Positions 57,142-64,000 of a DNA stretch of 64,000 nt are shown in pieces; the stretch's first letter is position 1; every line of letters starts with the position of its first letter. Location of the stretch: positions 124,001 through 188,000 of the forward strand of contig JAANOX010000070.1 of NCBI GenBank assembly GCA_020184695.1. The letters are read 5' to 3'. The stretch is from Histomonas meleagridis 2922-C6/04-290x. Its lineage: Eukaryota > Protista > Parabasalia. The notes under the pieces were generated by a model, which saw only the letters and a list, made by a program, of their open reading frames with translations, did not search any database and was not told the origin of the DNA. A program made the translations under genes and the position numbers.

Positions 57142-59700
57142 ATGCCTATTGATGATACTATAAACACAGGAGATAAAAATTTGAATAATTTTCCAACCTG
57201 CTTGAAATTCCTAATTGAGATTGAGAAAACTATATTTGATTTAACCGAAGAAAACTTTCAGCCGTCCATTAAAAAAATATTGGAATTATTCGATTCAAAT
57301 CATCCCTTTACGTTTAATACCATTATAAGTAGCATCGTTTATAATACATTTTCATCACCAAAGCAAGTATTTGATATTTACTTAAATTTTTTAAAGACAC
57401 TTCAAACTAAAGAAGAAGAAATTAATCAAAACACAGTTAAATTAATAGCAATTTTTACCAAACGTATATCTGCAGCAAACACACAAGAATCATATTAATA
57501 GAACAAATGATTGAAAAAAATTTAATTGATAAAAATATAACTAAAAACATTAAATCAAAATATTTTGCTCATTATAAACCAAAAGAAGAAAACCAAAACC
57601 AAAACCATTTTTCATTTGGGTTTAATAGAAATGATCCAATAGAAAAATACTTTTTGGATAATTATGAAGAACTTTCGAAGAATGATTGGGAACTTCATAA
57701 GAATTTCATAAAAGAAGGAGTTAATCCAAGAGAAATTGCAAGAATAATTCGAAATGATGAAATAGAAAAACTTCAAGAAATATCATCACAAACAAATTTT
57801 GATTTTAATCAAATAATTGAACCATCACTTTATGAAAGATGTTCATTTGTTAATGATTATAATGTTACATTAATTGATTATGCAGCATTCTTTGGATCAA
57901 TTAAATGTTTTAAATATTTACTTATGAATAATGCAAATGTAAATAACACAGGTAAATATGCAGTTGCAGGTGGAAATGAAGAAATCATTCATTTATGTGA
58001 ACAAAATCATTCATCTTTTGTAGTTGCATATGAAACAGCAATTAAGTTTCATCGAAATGATATCTTTAAATATCTTTATGAAAATAAATTAGAAAAAACA
58101 CAATCAATACCGAAAACAAATGATTTCGTAAGTTTTTGTATTAAAAAGGATAATTATGAAATTTTAGCATTTTTGGCAGAAAAAGGAATTAATATTAAGG
58201 CTGATAATATAAACGAATCAGCTAGAAATGGAAATTTATATCTCGTTAAATGCTTCCTTCAAAATAATCACATTACAAAAGATATTTTGCCATTTGCTTC
58301 AGAATCAGAAAATGTTGAACTTGTGAAATATGTTTTAGAACAAAAAGGAATTGATGTTAATGCAAAAAATATTCATTTTAATAATTTAGAATATGTTTTA
58401 ATAATTTGGAATATGTTTTAATAATTATTTATATGTTTTAATAATTTGAAACAGCACTTCATATAGCAGTTAGAAATAATAATATAGAAATAGTAAAATT
58501 ACTTTTAGATAAAGAAGGAATTGATGTTAATGCAAAAAATATTCATTTTAATAATTTGGAATATGTTTTAATAATTTATAATATGTTTTAATAATTTGGA
58601 ATATGTTTTAATAATTTGGAATATGTTTTAATAATTTGGAATATGTTTTAATAATTTGGAATATGTTTTAATAATTTGGAATATGTTTTAATAATTTGGA
58701 ATATGTTTTAATAATTTGGAATATGTTTTAATAATTTGGAATATGTTTTAATAATTTGGAATATGTTTTAATAATTTGAAACAGCACTTCATATAGCAGT
58801 TGAAAATAATAATATAGAAATAGTAAAATTACTTTTAGATAAAGAAGGAATTGATGTTAATGCAATAAATATTCATTTTAATAATTTAGAATATGTATTA
58901 ATAATTTGGAATATGTTTTAATAATTATTTATATGTTTTAATAATTTAAAACAGCACTTCATATAGCAGTTAGAAATAATAATATAGAAATAGTAAAATT
59001 ACTTTTAGATAAAGAAGGAATTGATGTTAATGCAAAAAATATTCATTTTAATAATCTGTAATATGTTTTAATAATTTATAATATGTTTTAATAATTTGGA
59101 ATATGTTTTAATAATTTGGAATATGTTTTAATAATTTGGAATATGTTTTAATAATTTGGAATATGTTTTAATAATTTGGAATATGTTTTAATAATTTGGA
59201 ATATGTTTTAATAATTTGAAACAGCACTTCATATAGCAGTTAGAAATAATAATATAGAAATAGTAAAATTACTTTTAGATAAAGAAGGAATTGATGTTAA
59301 TGCAAAAAATATTCATTTGAATAACTTGGAATATGTTTTAATAATTTGAAATATGTTTTAATGATTTAAAACAGCACTTCAAATTGCACAAACTTTAGGT
59401 TACACAGAAATAGTAAATTTACTCCTTGAAAAAAGTACAAACGAAAATTCTAATTCAGATTCCTCTTCTACAAATATCAAATCTTCATTTTCAATCAGAA
59501 ATAGAAATGAAGCGCATATTGCTAATAATCAAAATCAACTCAAAGATCGAATGTATGCAGAAAACAATCGAAATAATTGTATCAAAACAAAAGTTGATAT
59601 AAACACACAAACATATGAAAATAATCGAAATTGCAATATACAACATAACAAATATATTCACAAAGTAAAACGTAAATACATAAACACAATAATATTATAA
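57142..59700 (+). CDS. DUF3447-ankyrin gene 6 with 32 inserts and a 1-nt frameshift near 57495
   Basis: N-domain in ORFs 56842-57498 and 57507-58421, four near-identical cores, and a terminal repeat plus tail to TAA at 59700. 2559 - 32x17 + 1 = 2016 nt (672 codons). Confidence 0.65.
58371..59370 (+). repeat. Spacers made of homogenised 20-bp units ATATGTTTTAATAATTT+NNN (4, 12, 4, 9 and 3 copies)
   Basis: Spacers 58371-58450, 58541-58780, 58871-58950, 59041-59220 and 59311-59370 are 80, 240, 80, 180 and 60 nt. Confidence 0.95.
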
Positions 59701-60228
59701 AGTGCATTATAAGAAAAACTTCAACAAAAAATTTTGGAAACAGCATTACAAAGATAATGCATAAATATTTTATAATAATCGCTTTGGGTTCAACTGAATC
59801 GAAATTTTGATATCTGCAAATGTTCTGAAGGTATTTCTTCCGTATTTAATAATAATTTCATTGGTTGCATCATCGTTTAAAAAATGAAACAGTTTAATTT
59901 CCATATTACACATAAACAAATGACTTTATGAAATTGACATGCTTGGAAGCACATTAAATAAATATACAATTAGAATTTACCAAAGTAAATATGATTTTTG
60001 ATAACGATTTAATATATTTGAAATATTTTTTGAATGGGTACTTTTGTGAATATTCTCAATAATTTTTTCATCATAATAAAATTAATGTCTGTTGTTTTTG
60101 CTTTACTTAAACAATGAAATACAAATGCCTTATCCCCAACACAAAGACAATGCCGATAAGGGACTTTTTTCATAGAAAATAAATAAAATTCTATGCAATT
60201 AAACTGACATAAATAAGCCCACATAAAA

Positions 60229-61011
60229 ATGAAGAGCAAGTTTTTTCTTGCGATTCTACATATAATAATTTTTTTATTTTTATTTCACCCATCCACAAAA
60301 ATATACTCAGAAATAAAACAAAATAATTATTCAAATCTTATCATATATTTTTTTTCATTAATCCTATTATTATATTGGCTATATAAAGCATCCGGTGATC
60401 CAGGGTTTATTTTCACAGAGGACGAATCACCTCTCAATACAAATGATGATTTATTTTATTGTGAATATTGTCAGCAATACATTCCATTACGAGCAGCACA
60501 TTGTAAAACATGCAACAAATGCGTTTTACGCAGAGACCATCATTGTCCATGGCTTGGTGTTTGTGTTGGGATGAAAAATCATCTTTTTTTCGTTTTATTT
60601 TTATTAATGGAAATTATTATCAATTTCATGAACATTACATATTTCAAGGCAGGAATGAAAACCTTTGATTCTTTTATGGATTGGTTTCTTTTGTCATTTC
60701 CATGTGCCTTCTTTTTAGGTGTTTCAGTAATAATTGTTTTTCAACCAATTATTCTTTTACCCGTTCATCTCTTCATCATAATAATGAACCAAACTACTTT
60801 TGAATTTTCACGTTCAAAAAAAATCACATATTTAAATAATTGGAAAAAGTCATATAGTCCATTCAGCAAAGGAATCATTGGAAACATCAAAGAATTCGTT
60901 ACAATGAGATGGAAAATGCCTGTTTATTCTGTTCCAAATGACGAAGAGTCAATGAAAAAATGGAAAGAAGATAATTCTTTCTTAGTTAATGATTCATATG
61001 AATGTTGTTAA
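60229..61011 (+). CDS. DHHC palmitoyltransferase
   Basis: Contains [39 protein letters not shown] helices and a TTFE motif. Confidence 0.95.
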   Translation: MKSKFFLAILHIIIFLFLFHPSTKIYSEIKQNNYSNLIIYFFSLILLLYWLYKASGDPGFIFTEDESPLNTNDDLFYCEYCQQYIPLRAAHCKTCNKCVLRRDHHCPWLGVCVGMKNHLFFVLFLLMEIIINFMNITYFKAGMKTFDSFMDWFLLSFPCAFFLGVSVIIVFQPIILLPVHLFIIIMNQTTFEFSRSKKITYLNNWKKSYSPFSKGIIGNIKEFVTMRWKMPVYSVPNDEESMKKWKEDNSFLVNDSYECC

Positions 61012-62141
61012 TTTTTTTTTGCTAAAACAACGCAAAAGAAAAGTGCAATATAACTTTTTGAAAGACGATTCAAAATTTGAATTCAAACCTGCTATGGCAG
61101 TTTTTCAAGGGAAACATTGACTTTTTGCATGCTTTACATATTTTGACGGATGCTTTGTGAGTTTCATAGCTTTACAATAGTGTAAAGTATTTATTCTGCT
61201 TTGCAAAAAGGCCACTTTTAACGATAGCTGTCTCAAAAAGTTATACCATACATCTATCGTCGACCTTTGGCTTCTTTGAAGTGATCCTGATCTTCACAGA
61301 AGTTTACTTCAAATGAGAAATTTTATATGCTTTCAAAGTTAACAGATTTGTTAAGTAATGGAAAAAGGCATATAAATGAATTCTGAGATTTAAAACGGGG
61401 ACAGCTTCTATCAACTAATGGCACTTTTCGACTATAAATAACGTGTTTTTTTGAGAAAAGGGTAAAAATTTAATAATGTTTACCATTTATCAAAAAAGCT
61501 TCTATCGTTCTCTATAGAGACATTGTCATTATCGTCCGATGTAAATCATGCAAAAGTCGATTTTTGTCACTTTTTGGAATGAAAAAATAAATTTATCTCG
61601 TTTTATTCATAATATTATTCTTAATTTTTTATTGTTCATTGTATAACTATGTTTATTTATTATATATTCATAATATGAAGATCGTAGGTCGATATATACG
61701 TAAATGCGAGTTGAAATTAAAATTACAGTTGTGATCAACACGATTTGAATGGTTTACTCGAGTAAAACACCCAAAAAGCTTGAAAATTGAAACATTCTCA
61801 AATTTGAAAACATTATAATGATTTTGATCGAGTTCAATTAAAAAAGTATAAATGATGTTTCAATTCCGTATACCTCAGTTTTTGTGAAGTTAATTTTTAC
61901 AAGAATTGTGTACTTTTTAGGGGGACGTATGCATTTAAAAATGGCGGTTTTCCAGTGGCGGAGCAAAAAAAGCTAAATTGGTCAATCTTATCAGCCTCAT
62001 ATAAATTTATTCTGTCTTCTTCCGATGTCAGAAACATTGTTACAGTTTTATCTGGCTATGTCGTTACAAACGGCGCTATATTTTACGTCACATTTCGAAT
62101 ATGAAGTAAACCATTAAAAAATTGTCAAACGATATTACGAA

Positions 62142-64000
62142 ATGGAAATTATACACTCCCTTCATCAAGCAATTGATAATCGCAGGGAGCACAAATACAA
62201 AGAATTCAAGATTCCACCTTCTGTTGCAAACATTTCGCAAGCTCTTATAGAGTTTAATAAAACAGAAAATCATATTAATGAAAGCAAAGAAAAACAAATC
62301 CAAAAAATTTTAACAAATTCGTGCATAATCAAAGCGTGTACAATTGGTTTACCAAAAGAAATAAAAGGACAAAATTTGAAATACAAATCGACATTATCTT
62401 CAGCGTTGATTGACGTAATTTTGTCAACTCTCTTGATGTCACTAGATGATTTAGATTATGTCATGAAGGAAGTTTCAAATGGATTGAAAGCATACAATTT
62501 TACTCCTGAATTTACAAATTCTATTTATACTTTAAGCTTTATTTCGAGTTTTATTCAAACACTTAGCACAGCAGCAAGCAAAGAAAGTAATACAATTTCC
62601 TTAATTTTTCCAATTTCGGTGGATCTTGAAGTTTTTCAACAAACTGTTACAAAACTCCAAGGAATAACAAACAAAGCCAATCAAATTAAGAGATCTGGAT
62701 GCATTGAAGAATATTTAGCTGTTCCATTAGTTGATGATATTCAAAGTTTCATTCCATCAATAGAATCCTCCAAAGAATGCATCATACTTTACATAGACCA
62801 ACTAAGGGCTAATTTCAGCAACACAAACTATATTCAATTTGGACAATTTTATGAAGAATTTGTTAAATATAGTAATTTTCTTACAGATCTCTTCTTCATC
62901 GGACTCGAAATTTCGTTTTTTGTTGAGACGAGTCAAACATTTTTTGACAATATTGTTGATCTTTCAAATATTCTGATTGATTTTCTAAATATAATTCATC
63001 CGCTTGCAAACTTCAAGAGCTCCAACCCATTGCTTTGCTTTACAGCTCAAGTTGCAGTCAAGAAGATCTTGTCAAGATCTCAATCAATTGAATTTAAAGA
63101 ACCATGCAAAGATATCTTTCAAACGATAACAAACAATAAAGTATCAGATATCAAGTCCAAACTCAATCAATTACAGCCTAATATCAAAGAACATATTTCA
63201 CAATTTTTAACTCAAATCCAAAAATCCAAACTTTCACTTTTATGTTCACCCATTACCGCCGATCAATTTGCGCACAAAAAGTTGCAATCCATCAGCAAAT
63301 TAATTCAATTAACTTTTCTATACGTAAATTCAGTTGTTGTAAACGGTTATAGCACCAAAGACGTTGAAGGACTTATATCAGAAATTAATGAATATTATGA
63401 TAAGATTGACCATAACTTTGTTAACCAAATTAATGAAAAGGAGAAATCTACCGAATATCGGATATCATGTTTACAGAAACGGAACACCCTAAAATTTTCA
63501 CGTGAATTATTAAATGCATCTAATGAAAATTATGCGCGTGCGCCACTTAACTCTGAATATCGGATCTCGCTGATGTTGTCTTCGTTTAATAGCTTAAATG
63601 AACAATGTTTAGTTGATCCGAATTCACGAGCATATGAATATTTAAGTCGAACATTTCGAATCTTTTTAGAACATTTTAATACTAACATTGTCTCAGGCGC
63701 ATGTATATTAACATACAAACGATTTTTACAAATATTAATATTTATCACAACCACATACATATCACAATTTTTCACATTACTTCAACAACAAATTCAAATA
63801 GCTAAAAACATTCAATCATTAGAATTGGATTCATTAAACTCTAAGCTTAGAAAATACCTTCGAACGATTCGTCATCCAATCATTTGTTCTCCTAATTTTC
63901 AATTGTCGAGTAACATAATTTCAATAGTTAATCAAATCAAAAAGTTCATTGATTCCATTCAATTAACTAATGACGATAAGGTATTGAAAAAGTCGATTGA
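62142..64000 (+). CDS. Large helical hypothetical protein, 3'-partial, with one apparent frame break near 62290
   Basis: A frame is open from about 62283 to the window end, so it is absent from the ORF track. The ATG frame from 62142 stops at about 62312. One extra A in an A-run would join the two frames. Confidence 0.6.
   Translation, partial: MEIIHSLHQAIDNRREHKYKEFKIPPSVANISQALIEFNKTENHINESKEKQIQKILTNSCIIKACTIGLPKEIKGQNLKYKSTLSSALIDVILSTLLMSLDDLDYVMKEVSNGLKAYNFTPEFTNSIYTLSFISSFIQTLSTAASKESNTISLIFPISVDLEVFQQTVTKLQGITNKANQIKRSGCIEEYLAVPLVDDIQSFIPSIESSKECIILYIDQLRANFSNTNYIQFGQFYEEFVKYSNFLTDLFFIGLEISFFVETSQTFFDNIVDLSNILIDFLNIIHPLANFKSSNPLLCFTAQVAVKKILSRSQSIEFKEPCKDIFQTITNNKVSDIKSKLNQLQPNIKEHISQFLTQIQKSKLSLLCSPITADQFAHKKLQSISKLIQLTFLYVNSVVVNGYSTKDVEGLISEINEYYDKIDHNFVNQINEKEKSTEYRISCLQKRNTLKFSRELLNASNENYARAPLNSEYRISLMLSSFNSLNEQCLVDPNSRAYEYLSRTFRIFLEHFNTNIVSGACILTYKRFLQILIFITTTYISQFFTLLQQQIQIAKNIQSLELDSLNSKLRKYLRTIRHPIICSPNFQLSSNIISIVNQIKKFIDSIQLTNDDKVLKKSI

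Noticed and set aside
58371-59370. CRISPR-like array
   Set aside because: The long units are ankyrin-coding, the short units are tandem 20-mers rather than unique spacers, there are no cas genes, and the context is eukaryotic.
61020-62100. Possible transposon remnant in the intergenic tract
   Set aside because: I could identify no terminal inverted repeats, target duplication or transposase fragment.

Overview
AT-rich, gene-dense eukaryotic DNA with the standard genetic code. It looks like a parabasalid (Trichomonas/Tritrichomonas type), judged from DUF3447-ankyrin genes, BspA LRR genes, an R2R3-Myb and a TagC-like subtilase. Recognisable genes include PA200/PSME4, RACK1, Maf1, LSm6, a CD2BP2-like protein, an SLC13 transporter, two CARMIL-like LRR proteins, a PH-AGC kinase, a DHHC palmitoyltransferase, an M6P-receptor-like protein and a probable hydrogenosomal Tom36/46-type receptor. 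The main finding is in six ankyrin arrays. The 30-codon repeat cores stay open but are separated by AT-rich spacers, mostly exactly 80 nt. Each spacer parses as 4 x (17-nt non-GT-AG insert + 1 codon). Joining the single codons rebuilds the missing ankyrin loop D/N-x-x-G-x-T (KDGN, NNGN, NTGK, NYGK and others) with no stop codons, and whole genes come back into frame. This implies about 130 tiny non-canonical introns or skipped segments flanking 3-nt micro-exons. The removal mechanism cannot be determined from DNA alone.
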